DNA of 64,000 bases, from NCBI RefSeq assembly GCF_009914755.1, contig NC_060938.1. One strand, 5' to 3'. The notes under the pieces are model-generated. The model made no database searches. It had not been told where the DNA came from and saw only the letters and a list, made by a program, of their open reading frames with translations. Shown in pieces: positions 24,627 through 37,675 of this stretch (the first letter of the stretch is position 1; each line of letters starts with the position of its first letter). The stretch is from the human T2T-CHM13v2.0 reference genome, Homo sapiens. Both the position numbers and the translations under genes were made by a program.

Positions 24627-25417
24627 GGAATGGAATGGAATAGAGTAAAATGGAATGGAATGGTGTGGAGTGGAATGGAATGGAGAGGAATGGAGTGGAG
24701 TGGAGTGGAGTGGAGTGGAATGGAGTGGAGTGGAATGGAGAGTGATGGAGAGGAATGGAATGGAATGGAGTGGAATGGAATGGAATGGAGTGGAATGGAA
24801 TGGACTGTAGAGGAGTGGAGTGGATTGGAGTGGAGTGGAATGGAGTGGAATAGAGTGAAATTTAGTGGAGTGTAATGGAGTGGAGTGGAGTGCAGTTGAG
24901 TGGCATGGATCAGTGTGCAGTGGAATGGAATGGAGTGGAGTGGAGTGGAGTGGAATCGAATGGAATGGCATGGAGTGGAGTGGAATGGAGTGGATTGGAA
25001 TTGAATGCAGTGGAATGGAATGGCATGGAGTGGAGTGGAATGGAGTGGATTGGAATTGAATGCAGTGGAATGGAATGCAATGGAGTGGAGTGGAGTGCAG
25101 TGGAGTGGAGTGGAGGGGAATGGAATGGAGTGGAGTAAAATGGTTTGGAATGGAGTGGGGTGGAATGGAGTGGGTTGGAATGGAGTGGAGTGGAGTAGAA
25201 CGGAGTGGATTGGGGTGGAATGGAATAGAGTGGAATGGAATGGAGTGGAGTGGAGTAGAACGGAGTGGATTGGAGTGGAATGGAATACAGTAGAGTGGAA
25301 TGCAGTGGAGTGGAATGGAATGGAGTGGAGTGGCATGGAAAGGAATGGAGAGGAATGGAATGGAATGGAATGGAATGGAATGGAATGGAATGGAAAGGAA
25401 TGGAATGGAACGGAACG

Positions 25418-25493
25418 GTGAAATAAAATGTGAGTTAAGATTGTGCCACTGCATTGCAGTCTGGGGGACAGAGTGAGATACAGTCGAAATAAA
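25418..25493 (+). mobile_element. Alu 3' fragment island, HOR type C (also at 32759, 40219, 47624, 58512)
   Basis: GTGAGTTAAGATTGTGCCACTGCATTGCAGTCTGGGGGACAGAGTGAGATACAGTCG. Confidence 0.85.
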
Positions 25494-25874
25494 GGAATGG
25501 AAGGGACTGGAGTAGAATGGAATGGAATTGAGTGGAGTGGAATGGAATGAAGTGGAGAGGAATGGAATGGAGTGGAATGCAATGGAGGGGAATTCAATGG
25601 AGTGAAATGGAATGGAATATAAGGGAAAAAAGAGGATTGAAATGGAATGGAGCGAAGTGGAATGTAATGGAGTGGAGTGGAGTGGAATGGAGTGGAATGG
25701 AGTGGAAATTAATGGAGTGGAGTGCAATGGAGTGCACTGGAGTTGTATGGAATGGAGTGGAGTGGAATGGAATGGAGTGGAGTGGAGTGGAGCGTAGGGT
25801 AGTGGAGTGGAGTGGAATGGAAAGGAATGGAGTGTTGTGGAATGGGGTGTAGTGGACTTTAGAGGAATGGAATG

Positions 25875-25950
25875 GTGAAATGAAATGTGAGTTAAGATTG
25901 TGACATTGCACTCCATTCTGGGTGACAGAGTGAGATCCAGTCGAAATAAA
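25875..25950 (+). mobile_element. Alu 3' fragment island, HOR type D (also at 33200, 40675, 48081, 58968)
   Basis: GTGAGTTAAGATTGTGACATTGCACTCCATTCTGGGTGACAGAGTGAGATCCAGTCG. Confidence 0.85.
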
Positions 25951-26546
25951 GGAATGGAACGGAATGGAGAAAAATGGAATAGAATGGAGTGGAGAGGAAT
26001 GGAATGGAGTGGAATGGAGTGGTGTGGAGTGGAATGCAGTGGAGTGGAATGGAGTAGAGCAGAATGGAGTGGAGTGGAATGGAATGATATGGAATGGAAT
26101 GGAGTGGAATGGAGTGAAGTGGAGTGAAATGCAGTTTAGTGTAATGGAGTGGAGTAGAATGGAGTGGAATGGAGTGGAATGGAATGGAATGGAAAAGAGT
26201 GGAATGGATAGGAGTGGAATGGAGTGGAGTGTATTGGAATGGAGTGGAATGGAACAGAAAGGGATGGAACGGAAAGGAACAAAATGGAACAGAGTGAAAC
26301 TGAGTGGAGTGGAATAGCGTGCAGTGGATTGGAGTGCAGTGAAATGGAATGGAATGGAATGGATAGGAGTGTAGTGGAGTATAGTGGAGTGGAATGGAGT
26401 GGAAAGAAATGGAGTAGAGTTGAGTGGAATGGAATGGAATGGAAAGAATGGGAACGGAGTGGAGTGCAGTGGAGTGTAGGGGAGTGGACTTGAGCAGAGT
26501 GGATCAGAGTGCAGTGGAATGAAATGCAACGCAATAGAATGGAATG

Positions 26547-26622
26547 GTGAAATAAAATGTGAGCAAAGATTGAGCCACTGCACTCCAGTCTGGGTGACAG
26601 AGTGAGTTCCAGTCGAAATAAA
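26547..26622 (+). mobile_element. Alu 3' fragment island, HOR type E (also at 33882, 41357, 48763, 59650)
   Basis: GTGAGCAAAGATTGAGCCACTGCACTCCAGTCTGGGTGACAGAGTGAGTTCCAGTCG. Confidence 0.85.
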
Positions 26623-27218
26623 AGAATGGAACGGAATGGAGGAGAATGGAATGGAGTGAAATGGAGTGTAGTGGAGTGGAATGGAGTGTTGTGGAAAGGA
26701 GTGGAGTGGAATGGAGTGGAATGGAATGGAATAGAGAGGAATGGAATGGAATAGAATGGAATGGAGTGGAGTGGAACCCAGTACGGTGCAAAGGAGGGGA
26801 ACGGAGTGAAATGGAATGGAATGGAATGGAGTGGAATCGAATGGAATGGAGTGGAATGGAATGCAATGGAGTGGAGTGGAGTAGAATGGAGTGAAATGGA
26901 ATGGAATGGAATGCAGTGGAATTGAATGCAGAGGAATGGAGTGGAGTGGAGTGGAATGGAGTGGAGTGGAGAGGAATGGAATGCTGTGGAGTGGAGTGCA
27001 GTGGAATGGGGTGGATTGGAATTTAATGGAGTGGAATGGAGTGAAATGGAGTGGAGTGGAATGGAATGGAATGGAGTAAAGTTGAATGGAACAGAGTGAA
27101 GTGGAGGGGAGTGGAGTGGAGTGGAGTGGAATGGAGTGGAGTGGAATGGAGTGGGGTGGAATGGAGTGGAGTGGAATGGAATGGAATGGAATGGAATGGA
27201 ATGGAATGGAATGGAATA

Positions 27219-27294
27219 GTGAAATGAAATGTGAGCTAAGATTCTGCAACTGCACTACAGTCTGGCTGACAAAGTTTGATCCAGTCAAAATAAA
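27219..27294 (+). mobile_element. Alu 3' fragment island, HOR type F (also at 34594, 42059, 49465, 60352)
   Basis: GTGAGCTAAGATTCTGCAACTGCACTACAGTCTGG(C/G)TGACAAAGTTTGATCCAGTC. Confidence 0.85.
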
Positions 27295-28644
27295 GGAATG
27301 GAAAGGTATGGAGTAAAATGAAATGGAATGGGTTGGAGTGAAATGGAATGGAGTGGAATGGAGTGGAGTGGAGTGGAATGGAGTGAAATGGATTGGAGTG
27401 GAATGGAGTGGAGTGGAGTTTAATGGAATGGAATGCAGTGGAAAGGGAGGGAATGGAGTGGAGTGTAATGGAGTGGAATGCAGTGGAGTGCAATGGAATG
27501 GAGTGGAATGTTGTGAAATGGAGTGGAGTGGAATTGAATGGATTGGAATGGAATGGAACAGAATGGAAGAGAATGGAAAGGAGTGGGGTGGAGTGGAGTG
27601 GAGTTCATTGGAGTGGATCAGAGTGCACTTGAATTGAATGGAATGAAATGGACTGGAATGGAGTGTAGTGAGTGGAGAGGAGTTTGGTGGAATTGAGTGG
27701 AATTGACTGGAGTTGTGAGGAGTTGTGTGGAGTGGAGTGGAATGGAGTGGAATGGAAGGGAGTGGAGTGGAATGGAATGGAATGGAACGGTATGGAATTG
27801 AATGGAAGAGAATGGAGTGGAACAGAAGAGAATGGGGTGGAGTGGAGTGGAGTTGAGAGGAGTGGGTCACAGTGCAGTGGAATGGAATGGAATTTGATGG
27901 ATTGGAATGGAATGTAGTGGAGAGGAATGGAATGGAATAGAATGGAGTGGAGTGGAATGAAATGGAGTGGAGTGGAGTGGAGTGTAGGGGAGTGGAATGG
28001 AGTGGTGTGGAATGGAGGGGAATGGAGGGGAATGGAATGGAATGGAGTGGACTGGAAAGGAATGGATTGGAATGGAATGGAGTAAAGTGTATTGGAGAGG
28101 AGTCGAGTAAAATGGAGTGGAATGGAGGGAAATGGAGTGGAGTGATATGGAGGGGAGAGGAATGGAATGGAGTGGAATGGAATGAAACAGAATGGAACGG
28201 AATGGAACGGAGTGGAGTGGAGTGGAATGGAGGGGAGTTGAGTGGAGTGAAACCGAGTGCAGTGGAATGGAATGGAATGGAAAGGAATGGAGTGGAGTGA
28301 AGTAGAGTGCAGTGGAGTGGTGGGGAGTTGAGTACAATGGTGTGAAATGGAATGGAGTGGAGTGGAGTGGAATGAAATGGAATGTAACGGAATGGAATGG
28401 AATGAAATGAAATGAAATGGAATGGAAAAGAATGGAACGGAGTGGAGTGGAGTGGAGAGGAGTTGAGTGGAGTGGATCGGAGTGCAGTGGAATGGAATGG
28501 AATGCAACTGGATGGAAAGGAATGGGGTGGAGTGGAATGGAATGGAAGGGAGTAGAGTGGAATAGAATGGAATGGAGTGAAGTGGAATGGAATGGAGTGG
28601 AGTAGAATGGAATGCAGTGGAATGGAATGGAATGGAAGGGAATG

Positions 28645-28720
28645 GTGAAATGAAATGTGAGCTAAAATTGTGCCACTGCACTCCTTTCTCGGTGACAGAG
28701 GGAGATTCATTTGAAATAAA
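28645..28720 (+). mobile_element. Alu 3' fragment island, HOR type G (also at 36020, 43470, 50891, 61778)
   Basis: GTGAGCTAAAATTGTGCCACTGCACTCCTTTCTCGGTGACAGAGGGAGATTCATTTG. Confidence 0.85.
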
Positions 28721-30290
28721 GGGCTGGAATGCAATGGAGTAGAATCGGAAGGAAAGGAGTGGAGTGGAATGGCATGGAGTGGAATGAAGTGGAGTGGAGT
28801 GGAATGGAGTGGAGTGGAATGGAGAGGAGTGGAATGGAGAGCAATGGAGTGGAATGGAATGGAATGGAGTGGAATGGAATGGAGTGGAATGCAATGGAGT
28901 GGAATGGAGTGGAGTGGAGATGAGTGGAGTAGAATGGAGTGGAGTGCAATGGAGGGGTACGGAGAGCAATGGAATGGAATGTAATGGAGTGAAATGGAAT
29001 GGAATGGAGTGGAATGAAATAGAGTGGAGCAGAGTGGAGTGGAGTGGAGTGAAGTGGATTGGAGTGGAATGGAGTGGAATGGACTGTAATGGAATGGAGA
29101 GAATTGGAATGAAATGGAACGGAATGGAATTGAATGTAACGGAATGGAAAGAAACAGAAAGGAACTGAGTGGAGTGGACTGGAATGCAGTGGAGTTGAGT
29201 GGAGTGGTTCATAGTGGAGTGCAGTGGAATGGAATGAAATGGAATGGATTGGAATGGAATGGAGTGTAGTGAAGTGGTATGGAGTAGAGTGGAATGGAAT
29301 GGAATGGAATGGAATGGAATGGAGTGTAGTGGAGTGGAATGGTGTGGAGTGTAGTGGAGTGGAATGGTGTGGAGTGGAATAGAATGGAGTGTAGTGGAGT
29401 GATGTGGACTGCAATGGAATGAAGGGGATTGGAATGGAATGGAATGAAACGGAATGGAATGGAATCGAATGGAATGGAAAGAAACAGAAAGGAACTGAGT
29501 GGAGTGGACAGCAATGAAGTGGAGTTAAGTGGAGTGGTTCAGAGTGGAGTGGAATGGAATGGAATGGAATGTAAAGGAACGGAATGGAAAGAAACAACAG
29601 AACTAAGTGGAGTGGAGTGGAATGCAGTGGAGTTGAGTGGAGTGGTTCAGAGTGGAGTGGAATGGAATGGAATGGAATGGATTGCAATGGAATGGAGTGG
29701 AGTGGAATGGAATGGAGTGGAGTGGTGTGGGGTAGAGTGGAAAGGGATGGAATGGAATGGAATGGAGTGTAGTGGAGTAGAATGGATTGTAGTGGAGTGG
29801 TGTGTAATGGTTTGGAGTGGAATGGAATGAAGTGTAGTGTAGTGGAGTGGAGTGTAATGGAGTGGAATGGATTGGAATGGAATGGAAATGAATGGAGTGG
29901 ACTGGAATGTAATGGAGCAGAATGGAATTGAATGGAGTGTACTGGAGTGGAGTCGAGTGGACTGTAATGGAATGGAAATGAGAGAAATGTAGTGGAGTGG
30001 TATGGATTGTAGTGGAATAGAAAGGAGTGGAATGGAATGGAATGGAACGGAATGCAACGGAATTGAATGGAATGGCGTGGAGTGGAATGGATTAGAGTGG
30101 AGCTGAGTGGAGTGGATTGTAGTGCAGTGGAATGGAATGGAATGGAAAAGAGTGGTGTGGGATACAGTGGAGTGGAATGGAGTGGAGTAGAGTGGAGTGG
30201 AATGAATTGGAATGGAATGGAGTGGAGTGGAATGGAATGGAATGGAACGGTATGGAATGGAATGGAACGCAAAGGTATGGAAAGGAATGG

Positions 30291-33200
30291 AATGGAGTGG
30301 AGTGGAATGCAGTGAAGTGGAGTGCAGGGGAGTGGAATGGAGTGGAAAGGAGTGGAATGGAATGGAGTGGAGAGGAATGGAAAGAAATGGAATGTAACGG
30401 AATATAATGGAACGGAATGGATTGGAACGGAATGGAACAGAGAGGAGTGGAGAAGAGTGGAGTTGAGTGGAGTGGATAGGAGTGCAGTGGAATGGAAGGG
30501 AAAGGAATGGAATGGAATGGAATGGAATGGAATGGAATGGAATGGAATGGAATGGAATGTAGTGCAGTGCAGTTGAATTGAGTGGATTGGAGTGCAGTGG
30601 AATGGAATGGAGTGGAGTCTAGTGGATTGGAGTGGAATGGAATGGAGTGGAGTGTGGTGGAATGGAATGGAACAGAATGGAAAGGAATGGAAAGGAATTG
30701 AATGGTGAAACGAAATGTCAGCTAAGATTATGCCACTGAACTCCTATATGGGTGACAGAGTGAGATGCAGTCAAAATAAAGGAATGGAATGGAATGGAGT
30801 AGAATGGAATTGAATGTAATGGAGTGGAATGGAATGGAGTGGAATGGAGTGGATTGGATTGGAAAGGAGTGGAGTGTAATGGAGTGGAATGGAATGGAGT
30901 GGAATGGAGAGGAATGGAATGGAGTGGAATGGAATAGAGTGGAATGGAGTGTATTGGAGTGGAGTGTAATCGAGTGGAGTGGAATGGAGTGGAATGGAGT
31001 GAAATGGACTGCAATGGAATGCAGTGGAATGGAATGGAGTAGAATGGAATGGAATTGAATGGAGTGGAATGCAATGGAATGGAAAGGAGTGGAGTGGAGT
31101 GGAATGGAATGGAATGGAGTGGAATGGAACGGAGTAGCGTGGAGTGGAGTGGCGTGGAATGGAGTGGAATTGAGTGAAATGGAGTGGAGTGAAGTGGAAT
31201 GGAGTGGAGTAGAATGGAGTGGAGTGGAGTGGAATGGAGTGGGGTGAAATGGAATGCAATGGAGTGGAATGGAGTGGAATGAATTGGAATGGAATGGAAT
31301 GGAATGGAATGAAGTGGAATTGAATGGAGTGGAATGGAATTTAGTGGAGTGTAGCAATGTGGAGTGCAGTGTAGAGGAGTGGAGTGAAGTGGAGTGGAAT
31401 GGAGAGCAATGGAGTGAAACGGATTGGAATTGATTGGAGTGCATGAGAATGGAATGAAGTGGAATATAACAGAATGGAACAGAAAGTAACGGAATGGAAA
31501 GGAGTGTAGTGGAGTGTAGTGGAGTTGAGTAGAGTGGTTCGGAGTGCAATCAAATGGAATGGAATAGAATGGAAAGGATTTTAGTGGAGTGGAGTGGAAT
31601 GGAATGAAGGGGAGTGGAATGGAATTAAATTTAACAGAATTCAATGGAATATAACGAAATGGATAGGATCAGAACGGAACAGAGTGGAGTGGAGTTGAGT
31701 GGAGTGGATCGGAGTGCAGTGGAAAGGAATGGAATAGAATGGAATGGAATGCAGTGGAGTGGAATGGAATGGAGTGGAATGGAGTTGAGTGGAGTGGATC
31801 GGAGTGCAGTGGAAAGGAATGGAAGAGAATGGAATGGAATGGAATGCAGTGGACTGGAATGGAATGGAGTGGAGTGGAGTGCAGTGGAATCGAGTGGAGT
31901 GGAGTGGAATGGAGTAGAATGGAATGGAGTGGAGTGTAGTGGAATGGAATGGAATGGTGAAATGAAATGTCAGCTAAGATTGTGCAACTGCATTCCAGTC
32001 TGGGTGACAAAGTGAGATCCAGTCGAAGTAAAGGAATGGAAGGGAATACAGTAAAATGGAATGGAATGGTGTGGAGTGGAATGGAATGGAGAGGAATGGA
32101 GTGGAGTGGAGTGGAGTGGAGTGGAATGGAGTGGAGTGGAATGGAGAGTGATGGAGAGGAATGGAATGGAATGGAATGGAATGGAGTGGAATGGAATGGA
32201 ATGGAGTGGAACGGAATGGACTGTAGAGGAGTGGAGTGGATTGGAGTGGAGTGGAGTGGAGTGGAATAGAGTGAAATTTAGTGGAGTGTAATGGAGTGGA
32301 GTGGAGTGCAGTTGAGTGGCATGGATCAGTGTGCAGTGGAATGGAATGGAATGGAGTGGAGTGGAGTGGAGTGGAGTGGAATCGAATGGAATGGCATGGA
32401 GTGGAGTGGAATGGAGTGGATTGGAATTGAATGCAGTGGAATGGAATGCAATGGAGTGGAGTGGAGTGCAGTGGAGTGGAGTGGAGGGGAATGGAATGGA
32501 GTGGAGTAAAATGGTTTGGAATGGAGTGGGGTGGAATGGAGTTGGTTGGAATGGAGTGGAGTGGAGTAGAACGGAGTGGATTGGGGTGGAATGGAATAGA
32601 GTGGAATGGAATGGAGTGGAGTGGAGTAGAACGGAGTGGATTGGAGTGGAATGGAATACAGTAGAGTGGAATGCAGTGGAGTGGAATGGAATGGAGTGGA
32701 GTGGCATGGAAAGGAATGGAGAGGAATGGAATGGAATGGAATGGAATGGAATGGAACGGTGAAATAAAATGTGAGTTAAGATTGTGCCACTGCATTGCAG
32801 TCTGGGGGACAGAGTGAGATACAGTCGAAATAAAGGAATGGAAGGGACTGGAGTAGAATGGAATGGAATTGAGTGGAGTGGAATGGAATGAAGTGGAGAG
32901 GAATGGAATGGAGTGGAATGCAATGGAGGGGAATTCAATGGAGTGAAATGGAATGGAATATAAGGGAAAAAAGAGGATTGAAATGGAATAGAGCGAAGTG
33001 GAATGTAATGGAGTGGAGTGGAGTGGAATGGAGTGGAATGGAGTGGAGTGCAATGGAGTGCACTGGAGTTGTACGGAATGGAGTGGAGTGGAATGGAATG
33101 GAGTGGAGTGGAGTGGAGCGTAGGGTAGTGGAGTGGAGTGGAATGGAAAGGAATGGAGTGTTGTGGAATGGGGTGTAGTGGACTTTAGAGGAATGGAATG

Positions 33201-36200
33201 TGAAATGAAATGTGAGTTAAGATTGTGACATTGCACTCCATTCTGGGTGACAGAGTGAGATCCAGTCGAAATAAAGGAATGGAACGGAATGGAGAAAAAT
33301 GGAATGGAATGGAGTGGAGAGGAATGGAATGGAGTGGAATGGAGTGGTGTGGAGTGGAATGCAGTGGAGTGGAATGGAGTAGAGCAGAATGGAGTGGAGT
33401 GGAATGGAATGATATGGAATGGAATGGAGTGGAATGGAGTGAAGTGGAGTGAAATGCAGTTTAGTGTAATGGAGTGGAGTAGAATGGAGTGGAATGGAGT
33501 GGAATGGAATGGAATGGAAAAGAGCGGAATGGATAGGAGTGGAATGGAGTGGAGTGTATTGGAATGGAGTGGAATGGAACAGAAAGGGATGGAACGGAAA
33601 GGAACAAAATGGAACAGAGTGAAACTGAGTGGAGTGGAATAGCGTGCAGTGGATTGGAGTGCAGTGAAATGGAATGGAATGGAATGGATAGGAGTGTAGT
33701 GGAGTATAGTGGAGTGGAATGGAGTGGAAAGAAATGGAGTGGAGTTGAGTGGAATGGAATGGAATGGAAAGAATGGGAACGGAGTGGAGTGCAGTGGAGT
33801 GTAGGGGAGTGGACTTGAGCAGAGTGGATCAGAGTGCAGTGGAATGAAATGCAACACAATGGAATGGAATGGAATGGAATGGTGAAATAAAATGTGAGCA
33901 AAGATTGAGCCACTGCACTCCAGTCTGGGTGACAGAGTGAGTTCCAGTCGAAATAAAAGAATGGAACGGAATGGAGGAGAATGGAATGGAATGGAGTGGA
34001 GTTGAATGGAATGGAGTGAAATGGAGTGTAGTGGAGTGGAATGGAGTGTTGTGGAAAGGAGTGGAGTGGAATGGAGTGGAATGGAATGGAATGGAATAGA
34101 GAGGAATGGAATGGAATAGAATGGAATGGAGTGGAGTGGAACCCAGTACGGTGCAAAGGAGGGGAACGGAGTGAAATGGAATGGAATGGAATGGAGTGGA
34201 ATCGAATGGAATGGAGTGGAATGGAATGCAATGGAGTGGAGTGGAGTAGAATGGAGTGAAATGGAATGGAATGGAATGCAGTGGAATTGAATGCAGAGGA
34301 ATGGAGTGGAGTGGAGTGGAATGGAGTGGAGTGGAGAGGAATGGAATGCTGTGGAGTGGAGTGCAGTGGAATGGGGTGGATTGGAATTTAATGGAGTGGA
34401 ATGGAGTGAAATGGAGTGGAGTGGAATGGAATGGAATGGAGTAAAGTTGAATGGAACAGAGTGAAGTGGAGGGGAGTGGAGTGGAGTGGAGTGGAATGGA
34501 GTGGAGTGGAATGGAGTGGAGTGGAATGGAGTGGGGTGGAATGGAGTGGAGTGGAATGGAATGGAATGGAATGGAATGGAATGGAATGGAATAGTGAAAT
34601 GAAATGTGAGCTAAGATTCTGCAACTGCACTACAGTCTGGGTGACAAAGTTTGATCCAGTCAAAATAAAGGAATGGAAAGGTATGGAGTAAAATGAAATG
34701 GAATGGGTTGGAGTGAAATGGAATGGAGTGGAATGGAGTGGAGTGGAGTGGAATGGAGTGAAATGGAGTGGAGTGGAATGGAGTGGAGTGGAGTTTAATG
34801 GAATGGAATGCAGTGGAAAGGGAGGGAATGGAGTGGAGTGTAATGGAGTGGAATGCAGTGGAGTGCAATGGAATGGAGTGGAATGTTGTGAAATGGAGTG
34901 GAGTGGAATTGAATGGATTGGAATGGAATGGAGCAGAATGGAAGAGAATGGAAAGGAGTGGGGTGGAGTGGAGTGGAGTTCATTGGAGTGGATCGGAGTG
35001 CACTTGAATTGAATGGAATGAAATGGACTGGAATGGAGTGTAGTGAGTGGAGAGGAGTTTGGTGGAATTGAGTGGAATTGACTGGAGTTGTGAGGAGTTG
35101 TGTGGAGTGGAGTGGAATGGAGTGGAATGGAAGGGAGTGGAGTGGAATGGAATGGAATGGAACGGTATGGAATTGAATGGAAGAGAATGGAGTGGAACAG
35201 AAGAGAATGGGGTGGAGTGGAGTGGAGTTGAGAGGAGTGGGTCACAGTGCAGTGGAATGGAATGGAATTTGATGGATTGGAATGGAATGTAGTGGAGAGG
35301 AATGGAATGGAATAGAATGGAGTGGAGTGGAATGAAATGGAGTGGAGTGGAGTGGAGTGTAGGGGAGTGGAACGGAGTGGTGTGGAATGGAGGGGAATGG
35401 AGGGGAATGGAATGGAATGGAGTGGACTGGAAAGGGATGGATTGGAATGGAATGGAGTAAAGTGTATTGGAGAGGAGTCGAGTAAAATGGAGTGGAATGG
35501 AGGGAAATGGAGTGGAGTGATATGGAGGGGAGAGGAATGGAATGGAGTGGAATGGAATGAAACAGAATGGAACGGAATGGAACGGAGTGGAGTGGAGTGG
35601 AATGGAGGGGAGTTGAGTGGAGTGAAACCGAGTGCAGTGGAATAGAATGGAATGGAAAGGAATGGAGTGGAGTGAAGTAGAGTGCAGTGGAGTGGTGGGG
35701 ATTTGAGTGCAATGGTGTGAAATGGAATGGAGTGGAGTGGAGTGGAATGAAATGGAATGTAACAGAATGGAATGGAATGAAATGAAATGAAATGGAATGG
35801 AAAAGAATGGAACGGAGTGGAGTGGAGTGGAGAGGAGTTGAGTGGAGTGGATCGGAGTGCAGTGGAATGGAATGGAATGCAACTGGATGGAAAGGAATGG
35901 GGTGGAGTGGAATGGAATGGAAGGGAGTAGAGTGGAATAGAATGGAATGGAGTGAAGTGGAATGGAATGGAGTGGAGTAGAATGGAATGCAGTGGAATGG
36001 AATGGAATGGAAGGGAATGGTGAAATGAAATGTGAGCTAAAATTGTGCCACTGCACTCCTTTCTCGGTGACAGAGGGAGATTCATTTGAAATAAAGGGCT
36101 GGAATGCAATGGAGTAGAATCGGAAGGAAAGGAGTGGAGTGGAATGGCATGGAGTGGAATGAAGTGGAGTGGAGTGGAATGGAGTGGAGTGGAATGGAGA

Positions 36201-37675
36201 GGAGTGGAATGGAGAGCAATGGAGTGGAATGGAATGGAATGGAGTGGAATGGAATGGAATGGAATGGAGTGGAATGGAATGGAGTGGAATGGAGTGGAGT
36301 GGAGATGAGTGGAGTAGAATGGAGTGGAGTGCAATGGAGGGGTACGGAGAGCAATGGAATGGAATGTAATGGAGTGAAATGGAATGGAATGGAGTGGAAT
36401 GAAATTGAGTGGAGCAGAGTGGAGTGGAGTGGAGTGAAGTGGATTGGAGTGGAATGGAGTGGAATGGACTGTAATGGAATGGAGAGAATTGGAATGAAAT
36501 GGAACGGAATGGAATTGAATGTAACGGAATGGAAAGAAACAGAAAGGAACTGAGTGGAGTGGACTGGAATGCAGTGGAGTTGAGTGGAGTGGTTCATAGT
36601 GGAGTGCAGTGGAATGGAATGGAATGGAATGGATTGGAATGGAATGGAGTGTAGTGGAGTGGTGTGGAGTAGAGTGGAATGGAATGGAATGGAATGGAAT
36701 GGAGTGTAGTGGAGTGGAATGGTGTGGAGTGGAGTGGAGTGGAATGGTGTGGAGTGTAATAGAATGGAGTGTAGTGGAGTGATGTGGACTGCAATGGAAT
36801 GAAGGGGATTGGAATGGAATGGAATGAAACGGAATGGAATGGAATCGAATGGAATGGAAAGAAACAGAAAGGAACTGAGTGGAGTGGACAGCGATGAAGT
36901 GGAGTTAAGTGGAGTGGTTCAGAGTGGAGTGGAATGGAATGGAATGGAATGTAAAGGAACGGAATGGAAAGAAACAACAGAACTAAGTGGAGTGGAGTGG
37001 AATGCAGTGGAGTTGAGTGGAGTGGTTCAGAGTGGAGTGGAATGGAATGGAATGGAATGGATTGCAATGGAATGGAGTGGAGTGGAATGGAATGGAGTGG
37101 AGTGGTGTGGGGTAGAGTGGAAAGGGATGGAATGGAATGGAATGGAGTGTAGTGGAGTAGAATGGATTGTAGTGGAGTGGTGTGTAATGGTTTGGAGTGG
37201 AATGGAATGAAGTGTAGTGTAGTGGAGTGGAGTGTAATGGAGTGGAATGGATTGGAATGGAATGGAAATGAATGGAGTGGACTGGAATGTAATGGAGCAG
37301 AATGGAATTGAATGGAGTGTACTGGAGTGGAGTCGAGTGGACTGTAATGGAATGGAAATGAGAGAAATGTAGTGGAGTGGTATGGATTGTAGTGGAATAG
37401 AAAGGAGTGGAATGGAATGGAATGGAACGGAATGCAACGGAATTGAATGGAATGGAGTGGAGTGGAATGGATTAGAGTGGAGCTGAGTGGAGTGGATTGT
37501 AGTGCAGTGGAATGGAATGGAATGGAAAAGAGTGGTGTGGGATACAGTGGAGTGGAATGGAGTGGAGTAGAGTGGAGTGGAATGAATTGGAATGGAATGG
37601 AGTGGAGTGGAGTGGAATGGAATGGAATGGAACGGTATGGAATGGAATGGAACGCAAAGGTATGGAAAGGAATGG
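30291..37675 (+). repeat. HOR copy 2 (~7.39 kb)
   Basis: Islands at A 30705, B 31957, C 32759, D 33200, E 33882, F 34594, G 36020. Confidence 0.9.

Larger units (their letters stand above)
22750..30290 (+). repeat. HOR copy 1 (~7.54 kb)
   Basis: Islands at A 23149, B 24551, C 25418, D 25875, E 26547, F 27219, G 28645. Confidence 0.9.

Noticed and set aside
25418-25950. Splice-donor-like GTGAGT in islands C and D, and a minus-strand CCCAG acceptor after pyrimidine-rich sequence
   Set aside because: These are short motifs inherited from Alu with poor exonic context and no gene or transcript evidence.
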